A program made the translations under genes and the position numbers. Positions 37,608 through 54,633 of a stretch of DNA of 64,000 nt are shown here, one piece after another. Under the pieces are notes generated by a model that searched no databases, had not been told where the DNA came from, and saw only the letters and a program-made list of their open reading frames with translations. Origin of the DNA: Trichinella spiralis (lineage: Eukaryota). Numbering within the stretch: the stretch's first letter is position 1; every line of letters starts with the position of its first letter. The stretch lies in NCBI RefSeq assembly GCF_000181795.1, contig NW_003526941.1:7760120-7824119 (forward strand), written 5' to 3'.

Positions 37608-40600
37608 TTTTGTAAAAAAAAATTCAATATTTCATGGAACATGATCTTTATGCTTTTATAATAGAAATTTGTCAAATAAACATTCAACAAGGACATGTTG
37701 AATGTAAAGTTGACTTTTTGAGGACATTATTTTTCGTGAATGAATCAAACTGATGAAGTGGAACTGTTTTGGCAGAGTACGCCATTTATTATTATACTTA
37801 TTAACTATTCAAGCTGAAACGATTATCTCTAGGGAGACTTCCGGTTGTCACATTGTCCTGCTGTGAATCCTTGGTGAAAACAGTAGGTAAACGCCGACTA
37901 GCATCGATGATAGCCAGTAGGTGGACGAGGTGACACTGATTGTTCCTCATGTTTAGAAATGAGGGAAAAAATGGACGTTTTGCTCCACCTGTGCTGTCTG
38001 CCAGTGCAGGAGACAAACGGTCCTGCTGCAGTGGCCAATATTCTAGCATTGCTAACGTTGGCGGTCAATCAGAGCCCATTTACAATCAGAGAAGTGCACG
38101 TCCGCCAATGACCTATGGGAAAGTGCATAAATGGAGAGGTCGAAGCGGTAAATACTGCTCCAAACCAGTGCTAGATTAAATCAGCTGCACAGAGCTGAAT
38201 GCACGTCAGTGAATTGTTTTTTGTCACAAATTTCAGTTTTACAACATTTTCACTTGTGTACTTGATTTTTATTTGATTAATACTTTATACTTGTAGTGAA
38301 CTGCTTAGAGTGCACAAATAAGTAAGCTTATTAACTATTAATACAGTACAATTTTATTTCTAATTTTCAATAATAATAAAAAATGATAATTTCCCAACTA
38401 GCTTTACGCAAAGAACATATCACATTGTTAGCTTTCAAAGCATCTGTTAAAAATTTTATAAAATATTACAGTATTTGCAGAGAGGAGTATTCAATTTTTG
38501 TAAAAAGAATAATAATTTTAAAACTAATGCTTATCATTTACACAACAATGATTTTGATTGATTTCAACAAAGTGGATAAATTAAATTTCAGCAAATAATC
38601 TTTGAAAAAAAAGGAAAACAACTTCAAATGGAAGCAAATATTTGCCTACATAAACTGTGTTAAAATTATTCATCAGTGGTAAAATAAAAGCAAACACGAT
38701 GAGAATTCATTTGCTCAAGCAGACAACCATATTAATAGAAAGCAAATTCATCAGTTCGCCTATTTGAAAATTAATTAGTTTTTAATAATGCTGCATTTTT
38801 GATAATATTTGCTGTGAAATTCCAAATTCTATTTATTATATCCATAAATTGCAGTGTGCACAAGCTTTTAAAAGTGAAAACTTTTCACTCGGCAATCTTG
38901 GCTCCAAGTGCAAGCTCATTTTCAGCAACTTGTTTTGCTCGAATCAATTAGCACTGCAAAGTGTTGCTTCAGCATCAGAAGTGCTTGAACATGAGGAACA
39001 ATTTGTTTGAATAAGCAATTGGATAAGCTCCGGATTAGCAGGCAATTATTAAGTCATTAGTTTTAAATAATTTGACTTGGTTAAGGGTGAAAATTATTAT
39101 AAAATTATTACACTTGTTAATTTTTTAACAATTGTAATATACATACAGTATGGGCATAGTTGACAGTTATTGTGGGGCTGGGAGTGGAATATCATTGCAC
39201 ACAGTAAGCATAAAATGTGGATGGGTTCAATATTAGATTAAAAAAGACCATGCTTAAATTAACAACGTTGAGTATTTTTTTCACCAACTACACCAAATTA
39301 TCGTCTATTTTTAACATCTACAGTTGATTAGATCAAAAATGCATTTTCATTTGCATGAATTGCAACTGCAATCCGAAGCGATCAAAAGGATCAAGCATTC
39401 ATCATTTTATAATTCGGTGATAAATGTTTAATGAATGGCATTTTTACTCGTCTATTTTTCAAATAAACAATTAAAAATTGTCAATATGAAAAGTGAATGA
39501 GAAGAAGAGTGGAGAAAAAAAAATTAACTCGTTCACGAACAATGGAATGAGCAGGTGAACAGGGGTGTAATGGTAATAATTGAACGAACAATTGCCAAAT
39601 GAGTATACTACGGTGGGATGGACGGAGGGAGGGACGGTTGAAAAGAAACCGTTTCACTTGCAAGCGGTACCAGTGGGGGCAGTTTGATTGAAGACAATTA
39701 TTACAATCTCAGCCTGTGTGTTTATAGATTGGACGATTGAACGTCCGCTTACAATTGTCATTATTATCTTCCAACTGGCTAGTTGGCAGCGGAATGGCAG
39801 GCGTATATACAGGTCATCTTCGCCTTGGGGAATTATTAAGCCGTATTTGATGACCTATTCACAAAGCTATTACTTACGATTATACAATTGAAAATGATGT
39901 GCGATTTCCTTCATGCCACGGAAAATTGTTTTTAATTGTCATGTAATTTTAATTTTTTTTCCTTAACTTTTCTATTCAGAAACTTGTCCAACGCCGTGCA
40001 TTTATTCGTCTTCGATTGAACATTAAATAAAAAGTAGCAGAATTGAAAAGATAGCAACGAACAGCAACAACAACAACAACAGCATAGCAAACTTGAAAAT
40101 GCACAATTGTATCTATGCTTTTTCATTTACAAAATTATGCATTTGGTCATTTTGTATAGTGAAAGTAGTTCACGAAAAAAAATTATCATAAAACATTCCA
40201 ACCTTGACAGGGTGCAAAATTAGTTAGAACTTTATTTAAAGCTATGTTTCATTATCCGATTTGCACATATATAAATATTTATTCATCACTTATTAATTTA
40301 CTGTAGTCAACTTCTACTACTTCATTTTATCCGTTTGTCTATTTCTGGGACAGTTTTTGCTACTTACTTTTCTCTCGAGATATTACACTTATCAGTATTT
40401 TTTGAGTAGATAATTTTATGTATTTGTCTTTTGTATTTGTAATAATATACACTGTTTGTGAATTACTTTTGAAAAGTTTAAATAAGGAAAAATGGACAAT
40501 TGTTATTCATGCACAAATGAAAATTGACACCAGTTTACAACAAGAAAATCGTCATGCTAACTATCTCGGTCGTGTAGTAACAATAAAATCAACAATGCTC

Positions 40601-43600
40601 ATGATAATAGTGGTAAAGATCAAACTGAAATCAGTTAAATTAGTCGTTTTATACTTTTTCATTTCAAAGTATAATAATGCTAATGGACGAAACAGCTGGT
40701 GCGAATGTTCGTTTGCCAAACAAGTTGCTTAACATTGTAGCACAGCAGCAATGCGACAGTTGTTTATTCTGCACTGCAGCTAACATTTAAGCAACAAGTA
40801 GGTAAATTCAAATGGACCAGAGTTTTGGAAAATAAACTACATACAGTCCGATTGCATGAATCCTCAGCCAGTCGGTTGCAAACTCAAAAATCACATTAAA
40901 CAAAAATTGATGAAATGAAATGAACGAAGAACGAAGGAAATACATGCAGTCATATACATTAGTATATTGTCACATTCAATTATTTGCATACACAAATGTA
41001 TGTAAATAGTTGTGATGGTTGAAAGTGATTTGAATCAGACGAATTTCATATGCAGCCGATTTTGTCGCGTTGTTGGCTGAATATACACACGAACGATTGC
41101 AACCTTTGTTCAAGCTTGATTTTGCAGACAGTAAGCTTTCCAGCGGAGTGGAAAAGCTAACGAATTTGTTTGAATTTCCATGCTAAATGTCTTGTTTGTT
41201 AACTATTTCAATGATTATTAATAATAATTGTTTAAAAAGGAAAGTGTTTATTACAGTATTGATTTTTTTAATAAACATTCATCATTTCTTTGATTAATCA
41301 TCATTTGTGAATGATGATTTTAAGAAAAAAATAATAAACTTTTCGAAACATCCCTTGGAATTTGCAAATCTTAAACCTTAGATTATTCTGGTTATTTTTT
41401 CGGATCATCAGCATCAGTTCAAAAGTAGCAATTCATCGACTCAATTGGTCATTTTGAATTGCAAATTTTCAATTCTATAGAAAAGGTAATTGACTTTGTC
41501 GACCTGAGCATTACAAACAAGCTGAAAAGTCAAAAGCGCGATCAGACTATGATGATCGATTGTTGCTATTATTATAATTCAGGATGATTGTTGTTCGGTT
41601 CTGTTCTAATAAACTAACTATTCACCATGTTCATTCTTTTTTTTCTGTTCTTTTTATTTTAAATTTACACCCCAATTTTTAGTTCAAATTATGATCTAGA
41701 ATAATAAAATTTTTGATCAAACTGATGTGTCTCGCTTGCCAGCTAGTGAAAAATAATAGCAGCATAATAGCAACAATAGAAGAAACAAAAAAAATACCTA
41801 AATATCCAGCTTTTATGGTTCTTTTCAACCGACTGATGGGGCTATTAATTGCTTTTTATTTATGCTCGAATTTTAAAAGTTGTTGACTGCGTGAGAGCAA
41901 TCAGAACAACAATAGATGAGAAAGCACTTTTGCAATTGTTGAGCAAGAGTTTTTTGCCAGTAAAAGTTGGACACGACATTCTCACCGAAAGTGAACCACC
42001 TGAAAGCACAACGAAGAGGCTAAAAGAGGCTCGACAATTGCAAATGAGAACACTTCCAACGTCCTTCGCATGTAGATATTGAAAAGGACCACTGGTGAGA
42101 AAGTTGTAACTCGGCCACAAGGCAGCCGGCCTCGTGAGCAGGTGATTTTCTCATCCTTTGTCCATTTCCAATTGGTCATCGGGTAAGCCCAGCGACCAAG
42201 CTGCTTTTAATAAACAGTGGACAGGCCAAAGCTAATTGACTACTACAATGGTGGCAGTTATCGCAGGCGCAATGGTGATCGAAAAGGTCCAGACAAAATA
42301 CAACCTTCTGCAACTGGTCAACTGTTTCCGGTGATCAAGTAACGGGAAACGGGCAAAACTATTGGAAAACCACCATTGAACGTGGGATATTTCTGACGAT
42401 TGGTGATAATTGACCAAAATGATGCTGTGAGGACAAGCCTAGCAATCCGGTTACGCTGACAAAGAATGAAAAATTATCACTTCTACGCTTCGTTTAAGCG
42501 AATTGATCAAATTGAACTAAAAAATCCTTGAACTCGCAAAAATTCACTGGCATTGCTTTTCCACCTCTTCCACCAAATTATCCCAGTTTTTTAAATTATT
42601 TTGAATTTTTTCTCTACTGAACAAGCTTGTGAATCGAAACAATCAAATGGCAAAAAGCTAATTGACGCACTGTTTATTTTTTCAAATTCGTTACTGATAA
42701 TAATTTCCAAAACATAACTGCACAATAAAGAAATGCAGTGCTTTTTCCAAAAATGATCTAAAGTTTAAAAACAATCCATCATTTTATTGATATTTCCAAA
42801 TCATTATGCTTGGAACATTTTTCACATGTAATTTCCATTTGGTGTGCATGTGAAATTTAGAACATTTACGAGGTTGCACAACGCTCGTGATTATGCAAAT
42901 TTGGAACAACTGAAGTCAAACCTAGCAAGCAAAAATAAACCACTCGAAAAATTAAAAATACAATTTTTTCGGGATTATTTAAAAATTTGCATTCTCTCGG
43001 TCATGCTTTGCTGCTTTTTTGTTTTGCCATGTCCTGGTTAGTATAGTTTGAAAACAGCATGTTAAAAGTTGAATGTGGCCAAAATGTTGCTCGCTTTGGA
43101 TCGCACTAAATTAAATTATCATTTCTATTGGAGATAGATGATTTACAAACGGAGCACACTTCGGCCCACTAGCATTACTTGGCTACCTGCTGTGAGCAAA
43201 GAAAATGATCGACAATGAAGCTGTCAATTTTCACAGGGTCGTTTTCCATTACTTCACTTCACAGAGCAACAGCTTAACTTCTGTTGCAATCCAAGTGCAT
43301 TGTCGGTCAATTTAGAACCACAGAACCAAGATCAGTGCCCATTGTCAACCACTCAACGGGGTTCCTTTGCAAAACGTAAAATCAGTTACTCGCCAATTGA
43401 CCTGACGTCATCAAAGCCAGGTTAAACACAAGTTACCTTTCTATAAGCACCACTACGAACAAGATTCATCTCCTGCCGTGAGTCGGCTTGTTCTCTACTG
43501 TAGGACATGCAATTCATCAGAAATGGACCGTTAAAAATACGCCCACAACGAGATTGATACAATAGCGAGAATGTTATTGTCAGTAAGCGGAATTAGCTGC

Positions 43601-45037
43601 TGACCATCTGTGGTCATCTGGGCAGCCCACCGACCAACTAGTTGCGTCAGTGTTTGTCTGTGACGGTCACTTCCCGATGGATCAGGATATGGTAAAAAAT
43701 TAAGAGAACACTCAGTGATCATCGTTTAATTGCTGGCCTCGTCACCCAACCGAACAGTCATCAGTATACAAATTTAGCCGACCGTTACTGACTGCCGCTC
43801 ACCTGGCTAATTGGTTTATGGTACCGTCTAGCGTCCTTGAAGTCGTTATTTTAGCTATGAAAACTCTGTCACCAATTTCCACTCTAAATTACAGAGCTTT
43901 GACTTTATAATATCCTTAATTTAATGTTTGACAGTAAATTACTTCTGGGTACAATAATGGACTTTTTGAGGTCAATAGCAGTTTGCCATTTCTAGCCTCA
44001 GCATAGCTTGATGCTTTATACAGGAAATCATAAATTCTAATCTGCAGGTGCACATTATTTCCTGAACCCTTTAATCTGTTTTCAGTTGTGATAACTTTTA
44101 TTACATCCACCTCACACTTGTCATTCATTATTTCACTTTTGACATTCACAATTCATACGCCTAATCTAATAGCTATTACTATTACCTACTTACTGTCTGT
44201 GCACAAGATCTGAAATTAAAAACAACAAGCATTTCAGCCCCATTGAATCAATACTTATACCTGCTAATATTTCTCTTACTCTTACAGACTTCTTATTAAA
44301 TCGGACAATCTTAAAAACGTTTTTGATTTGTGAATTGTTTCAACTTGATAAACTAAATGTTCCATATAATAAGATTGTTGTAAATAAATTTATTATTTCA
44401 GCACTTCCGCCAGAAAAAGCATAAACTTTTTTATTCAACACTAGAAATGGAAATTTACAATCACTCATTCTGAGTCAATCACTCATTTTGTGCAGGATTT
44501 CCACAGTTACGCCCTTTGATAAAGCAAATTTTGAACATGTGAATTTCACCAGGTAAATTGTTCTCTGATCATGCCGGATGAACAAAACGTGAATAGCACT
44601 TAACAACAAAAAATGTCGGAAATCAAATGTTAGCATTTTATAGTGTGACTATTTTATGTTAATTGCAATTACTGTAGAAAGGCGACATGAGCATTTTCAG
44701 CAAAAAAGACCCATCATAGATCACAGAAGATATCTAGCAAAGTAAACTGTTGAATATGTAAATCTCAAACATTGCACAGAATTAAAATCAAAGCTGTTTG
44801 TTGTTGAAAATTGTTGATACGCTTGAACAACTGTAGTAAACTATTCATATGAAGAAGAAGAAGAAGAAGTAAAATGATCCAGAGAAAAACTTTTCCACAC
44901 TCTCAGAAAACACTAATAACTGAGATAATTACTTTAATCGTCGTGAAATCTTGATGACCTGTTAAGATAAATATCACTATAGGTGAGGACGCGATGCTTT
45001 TTCATATCGCTCACTAGGAGGCGTTTGCGCTTCCACT

Positions 45038-45052
45038 AGCCAATCAGCGTTG
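45038..45052 (+). promoter_or_regulatory. CCAAT box in extended element AGCCAATCAGCGTTG upstream of BarH-A
   Basis: Full NF-Y-type AGCCAATCAG about 115 nt before the ATG; a TGACAG (TALE-type site) follows at 45064-45069. Confidence 0.55.
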
Positions 45053-45167
45053 CCGTTTCTAAGTGACAGCCGTTGCAACGATAGCTGTTCAGTTATTCAT
45101 AAAGCGAAGCTCACCAATAGTGGTTGCATTTCTTTCTGTCTGTTTGTTCAGTGCAAAACCGCTCACG

Positions 45168-45973
45168 ATGACAACAAAGTCATTTTTGATATCAGATATT
45201 TTGAACTGTGAATCTGCTGCGGCTGCAGTTTTCGACGACGCAGCCAGTTTAGCACCTTCTGAAGATAGTGAAGATCAATCATCAAGGGAATTCAGTAAGC
45301 TGCGTGTTTGCAAAACTGAATTAGCCTATTGAATTCGTGATCATTTATGTTATGTTATGTTTCATTTCAGTCAACTCTGACGGTGAGCAATCAGAAGGAA
45401 AAAATCGACATTCATCATTCAGCTCCAGAAAAGTTCGCAAAGCGAGAACCATTTTCACAGATCAGCAGCTGAAAGCTTTGGAAGAAAGCTTCGAACAACA
45501 AAAATATTTATCTGTTCAAGATAGGTTGGACCTTGCCAAGCAGTTGAAGTTAAGCGATACCCAGGTGAAAACTTGGTATCAGAATCGAAGGTCAGTATTG
45601 GTGTGATTCACAGTTCTGATTTCACATGTTATCAATGAATAATAGTTTGCATTTTAGAACAAAATGGAAACGTCAGTCTAGTGTCGGTTTGGATCTGCTT
45701 AGTGAGATAGATAACATGGCCGCGGTGCAGCATCTTTTGCGTACAAATCCGTACTGGTCATCTTATTTGTCTAAATCAGTTGCTAATTCCACTGATTCAT
45801 TCCAAGCTTTGAAGAACTGCATTCCTTATTTGCAATCAGCTCCCAACGCGAGTGTCGGCTACACGTCTATGAACAGCAGAAACACCACAACCACTAGTCA
45901 AATGCTGCCCGTAGAATTGAGCATGCTGTCAGGCTATGCATCATCCATATTTTCATCCGTTTCATGTCGTTGA
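45168..45973 (+). CDS. BarH-class homeobox protein A (ceh-30/ceh-31-like), 220 aa, 3 exons
   Basis: Exons 45168-45294, 45371-45590, 45658-45973 (GT-AG, 663 nt). N-terminal eh1/FIL motif SFLISDIL. Homeodomain [12 protein letters not shown]...[12 protein letters not shown]...[17 protein letters not shown] has the Bar-specific Tyr in WYQNRR and is followed by [23 protein letters not shown]. Confidence 0.93.
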
Positions 45974-48640
45974 AAACAAACATATCAACCGCATCATTGA
46001 CAGTTTCTCAATGGTAGTGTTGCTTTTCCATTGATCAGAGAAGTTTCAAGTTCATTCACATTGTTGCATTGATAGCAATATTCTGTTGTATAATTCATTT
46101 CAAATTTTGCACCACTCGCCCCATCCTGCCGGTACCAAAGCTTTACGGTGTGCTTATTAACTATTGAATGTTATTAATTTTTGTTTTAAAACGCTTCTTT
46201 GTTTGTATTAGCACTGCTGTCATATTCATCTAGTTTATGCCGCTTTGCACATTTCTGGTCAACAAAAAAGTTGGAAGTAAAATAGCACTATTTTGAGCTC
46301 GTTGTTGTTTTTAAGTTAACTGTGACAAAAATAGCAACTTCAGACAAGCAAGCACACAAGCTGCAGGAAAATTTCACGTGCGCTGACATAACTGCGTTCA
46401 CATGATCGTGAAATCATCCACAGAACAGGTTCTGATTTGAAGCCATTTTTAGGTTCAACTGATCTGATGCGAAACATTCGAAGCTAGCAAATGTCGGTTC
46501 AATTTAGACCGTACTGAACGCGGTTAATTAGCTATAGCAAAAATGGACAGACTGATTTGATTGAATTGATAAAGTAAAACTTAAAGCAGGCTAAAAATTT
46601 AGTCATATTACAACGCTTTCAGCAACTGCTCAGCAAAAAATGAAAGAAAAAACATCAGATATATTATTAAACTGTGAAACTGTGCAAAATTTAAAATCGT
46701 GACAGTTTTCATTGATGAATAATGAATAAGCACGCTTTTGCTACCGGTCTTTGGTACTGAGCAATGCGACCCTGTTATTCACAACTGTCAGGGGTCGGAT
46801 TGAAAATTCAATTATCTAACCTCTGCAAGAGAATTTGCTAAATAAGTTAAAAAGACTTCTGTCAGTACATTGTAAAGAACTTGAAAAGACCATTATATAT
46901 GACTTTTCAACAAAGTGACACTGTCTGATTGTTTACCATTTTATTTCAAAAGTAAAAAATAGAAAAACACACTTCTACCATTATACACTTATTTGCAGAA
47001 CTTTTACAAAATTGAGTCATCGGTGCTATTATTCTTACAAATCTGGTTTTAAAATTGTTTGACGACATCCTTTCATGAAAGACTTTTCCTATTCACTACT
47101 TCAAAGAAACAAGGACAATGAGAATGCCCTGTTTACAGCAGCACTAAGCAAACGCATAATTATTTCATTATTTGAAAATCTTAGCTAAGGTTAGCATTAT
47201 GTGAACGTTACGGGCAGAAGAAATATGGGCACATCATTATAGAGGGAAATGATGTGGAAAATATTGTTGCCCGTCTTTAATTTTCAATTTTCCCGTCACT
47301 AATAATAACTTTCACAAATTGCTAGCTATTGTTACAATTATTTGAAATTACATTCATATGTTCCTATGTTTATATATTTGATAAGTAAAAATTGATATAA
47401 CATGCAATCAAACAAAATCTAATAATGCAAAATTTACATTCCACTGAATTTTACAGAAGAAATGAATTTACCAATGTTACACTACTACTGCGTACGCAAA
47501 GTAAAATAGAAGTGAACAATTTAATTCGTAGAATAGGATGATGCTTATCACGCACGCTTTTCATAGAAATGATTGTATCAAATCATAATCAGTATTTGCA
47601 TTTCATTCCTGATAATGTATGCATGCATACACGCATGCAAATACATGCATGCATGCACAGATAGCTCGGAAAATTGTAACATTGACTTGTGATCATGTTG
47701 CCATTTATTTGTGCTGACGATCAGCGAGTGAACATGGTTGAAAGGGCGACAAAAAGCTTTGGATAATAAAATTGGAAAACAACCTCCATTAGCGACCATT
47801 TCAATAGTTATACAAAATCAAGCACAAAGCACAATGCCGGTAACTGTGCAAAATTAAATTTTGAACGGCCGAATGCATCTGTTACCGTTATGCAGCTTTT
47901 CAAAGTGTTAAACAAACAAACCGGATGAGCAACTGAGAGTTATTAGAAATACACGAGTGCGTTTAATTGAAAAACAAAAAACAGAAATCAACACTTACCT
48001 TTCTGATCAGTTTAGATGCTAATATATATATAAGCATATTGAGATGCATTGGAAAAAGTTTTTCACTTGTACGGTGCAAAAATAAAAATATATTAAAGAA
48101 AAAGACAGCCCAGTAGAAGAGAATAGAAAAAATGCAGTTTTCCATTTTAGAAAACGAATCGATGAAATGCGAACGTTGCAACATTTGCATAATAGCGCTC
48201 GCTGCACTGCTTGCTCGACGCTATTTCAACTGAACAGTAAGTAAACAAGCGAGCACACTGACTCGACTGATTATGAAAGAGCCAGTGATTATAGAGCAAA
48301 ACTTCGTTCGTCATGCAAATTATTTTTCAAGATACGACACTGAAATTCATGTTTATTCTATTGCGCAATAAATGTATATATGCATGATTTGACTGTTCAA
48401 AATTGATACTTCAATTCAATCAATAATGATAGTCAACAAAATGTGTGTGCGCAGTAATAAAGTATTCATTTAATTGGAAAAGTTATAATAATAATCATAA
48501 TAGTTTTGAAATGTTCAGAACGTTTTCTGACTGTACTGTATGAATGAATAGAGAGATTATTGAAAAAGCATTTTTGTATTTTATTTTCCATTTCTATTTC
48601 CTTTTGCTTTATCAAAAAACAAATGTAGCGAATACATCTG

Positions 48641-48680
48641 TTTATTTATTTATTTATTTATTTATTTATTCATTCATTCA
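48641..48680. repeat. (TTTA)n(TTCA)n microsatellite
   Basis: Tandem tetranucleotide units downstream of BarH-B. Confidence 0.8.
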
Positions 48681-49217
48681 CTTATTATGGTACATTTCCG
48701 GATAGTAAAAATGCTCCTGACCGCCCACGACCGCGGTGACGGCCGGGTCGGTTGCCGCCAAATGGGAGGCGCCAGGCATGATTCAATTTCACGGCCCAAA
48801 GAAGGCGCACAACGTGCCGTTGGTGAATTAGCCACGCTTGTATATTACTTGCCGCGCAATCAAGGCAGCTATTATTAATTGAGTCGACTGCGAAGAAGTC
48901 AGCAGACCAGCAACCAGACCAGACCAGCGACAAATTAGTCTACTTAAGTCCATTGCTCAAGCACAAAAGAGATACAATAGAGAGCGATGGTGGCTGACCG
49001 AGAGAACTAGAGAAAAGAAAACAAGATACAAAAATTGGGGACATCAAAACGGTCGGCCAATTCCAATGATAACTCTGCTTTGTCGTGAGAAGACCATACA
49101 CAACGGTCCGGCGTCGTCGACCGGACCCCAATCAACAAATTTGAATTAGCCAAAGTGGCAAAACAGTTCAGCTTAAAATTGTCCAGCTTGTCGTAGCTGA
49201 TTGCGGTCGATGTTCGT

Positions 49218-52647
<3,430 letters not shown>

Positions 52648-52790
52648 GTTGGCACTGAGTGCAGCAGTTCAGCGATCGTTTCTCAGTCTACAAGCATCAA
52701 AGTGGTTACATTCAGAGTTAACAGTCGACAATTGAAGCTAGTCCAAACGAAGAAGACAACGTCTACGGTATTACAGAACTAACAAAGTTT

Positions 52791-52843
52791 ATTGGTTAAC
52801 AATTGGCCAATCGTTCACTAGCAGCTGTCAACGCTGATTGGCT
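52791..52843 (-). promoter_or_regulatory. CCAAT-box cluster upstream of BarH-B
   Basis: Four CCAAT/ATTGG motifs within about 50 bp, including AGCCAATCAGCGTTG (minus strand, 52843-52829) running directly into TGACAG; 145-195 nt before the ATG. Confidence 0.55.
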
Positions 52844-54609
52844 GGCATCGGACGAACGATGCTAGTCAATGTGTCAATTTAACCGCATAATTATAGCCTG
52901 GTTATCCCATTTATTCACTACCCTTTTCGCACCAGATAATCAAACATGGTCAAAACGCCGCATTACATGACCTATTGGCCGTCTGCTTGGCGACCAAGAG
53001 ACAGTCCCTAATTGCTGGTAAACAGGTGGCCGGCTGCAAGCGAAGACAAACATGAGCTATTCAAACCGAGGTCAGTGGTCACGGATCGTCAAATGAGCTA
53101 AAAAGTGCCCAGCTTGCCGGCAAGAAACGGAACAAACATTATCCATACTAGTGTAATCGATCTTTACCCAACGAATCAACGCATCAAACACCAGTTTTCC
53201 GCTTGCCTGTTCATCTGATCTCTTTGTTAACTACTAAGTCGTTGAAATGCCATTGCAAACCGATGATCACCGTCACAAACTTACTTGGCAAGCACATCCC
53301 GACTCACTAGACCAACTTCACCTGAACCTCAAACAATGCAATTCTATTCAAAAAGTTGGTTCATATGCTAATCAATGAAAAACATAAAATGCTTCAATAA
53401 AAAAAAGAAAACCCGCCCAAACAAACGCTAACAAGCCGCCATCTGTCATGCGCTAACAGCATCATCATCATCATCATCATATCTGTCTACGGCTGCAGTT
53501 GGCCACGCCATTGCAAGGCTACCTGTTCAGGATCAATCGATAATCAAAACACACGCTTCAAGTGGACATCCATAAAACAGGTGCAAAAGACAAACTGCCC
53601 AACTCTGTCACAGATACCATGTGAGTGGAAAAAAGAAAAGATGGAATTCTACAAATACCGATCAAGTTCCAAATTTTTTATCATAACCAGCAAAAAAAAA
53701 GATCTTCATGAAGACACACATCACCAATAATAACGGCAAAAGTAATAATAATAATAATAATAATAACGACAATAATGATGGCGATGATGACAGGAATAAT
53801 AGATCTATCCTGTTCATCAACAAGCTGTGAACAAATTTGCATGTACAACCATGATATTACAGACAGACAAGGTAAACTCTGTTGACATTTGCAAGCAGAT
53901 TTCACAAAGCAAACCGATCACGAACCAGGCAAGTCAAAGCTGTTCCATCGCGCTCCGCAGATTGGAAAGGACTGCAAACTGGTGAAGTGCTGCTGGCTGA
54001 GCACACACAGAGTACTGTTTCTAAAGGAATTCGACAAACAAAGCAATTCTGTAAAGCCAAAAGCAGCTTTCGGACATTACTTAAAAATTCAAATCAATTG
54101 ACTCAATTTTGCATTGTTTACTTTTGCCAAAATCGTCTCTCACTATATGACATTTTATCTACAATTGCAAAATTAGCGTATCAGATGAATTCTGTACAAT
54201 GCTGCTATAAGAAGAGCAGTCATATCACTCACTGGCAGACAGTAAATTGTTAGACAGACTTGTGTAAAATCAAAAATCAACAGAACGTGAATAAGAGAGT
54301 GAAAAGCAGCTGAAGTGAAAACTATTAAAACCGCTCTAACCTTGTTGTGATAATGACATTGATCTTCGCTTAAATTTGACATCTTTTGAAATCTTTTGAC
54401 ATAGCAGCTATTCAAAATAAAAACAAATTTTAAGCATATGACATGCAAAATCTATCAAACATAAATTACTAACACTAAACGCTCTCTTTTATTCCACCAA
54501 TAACAAGCAATCAATTTAACCAACAAAATTACACACGATTTGAAAGAAAAAAAATACAAACATTCATATTCATATTTGTATACGCATCACATATACATAC
54601 ATACGTATG

Positions 54610-54633
54610 GTTGTTGTTGTTGTTGTTGTTGTT
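54610..54633. repeat. (GTT)8 microsatellite
   Basis: Tandem GTT units. Confidence 0.85.

Noticed and set aside
47616..47657. TGCATG cluster and 16-bp palindrome as RBFOX sites
   Set aside because: Explained by a self-complementary (TGCA)n microsatellite; intergenic and far from any exon.
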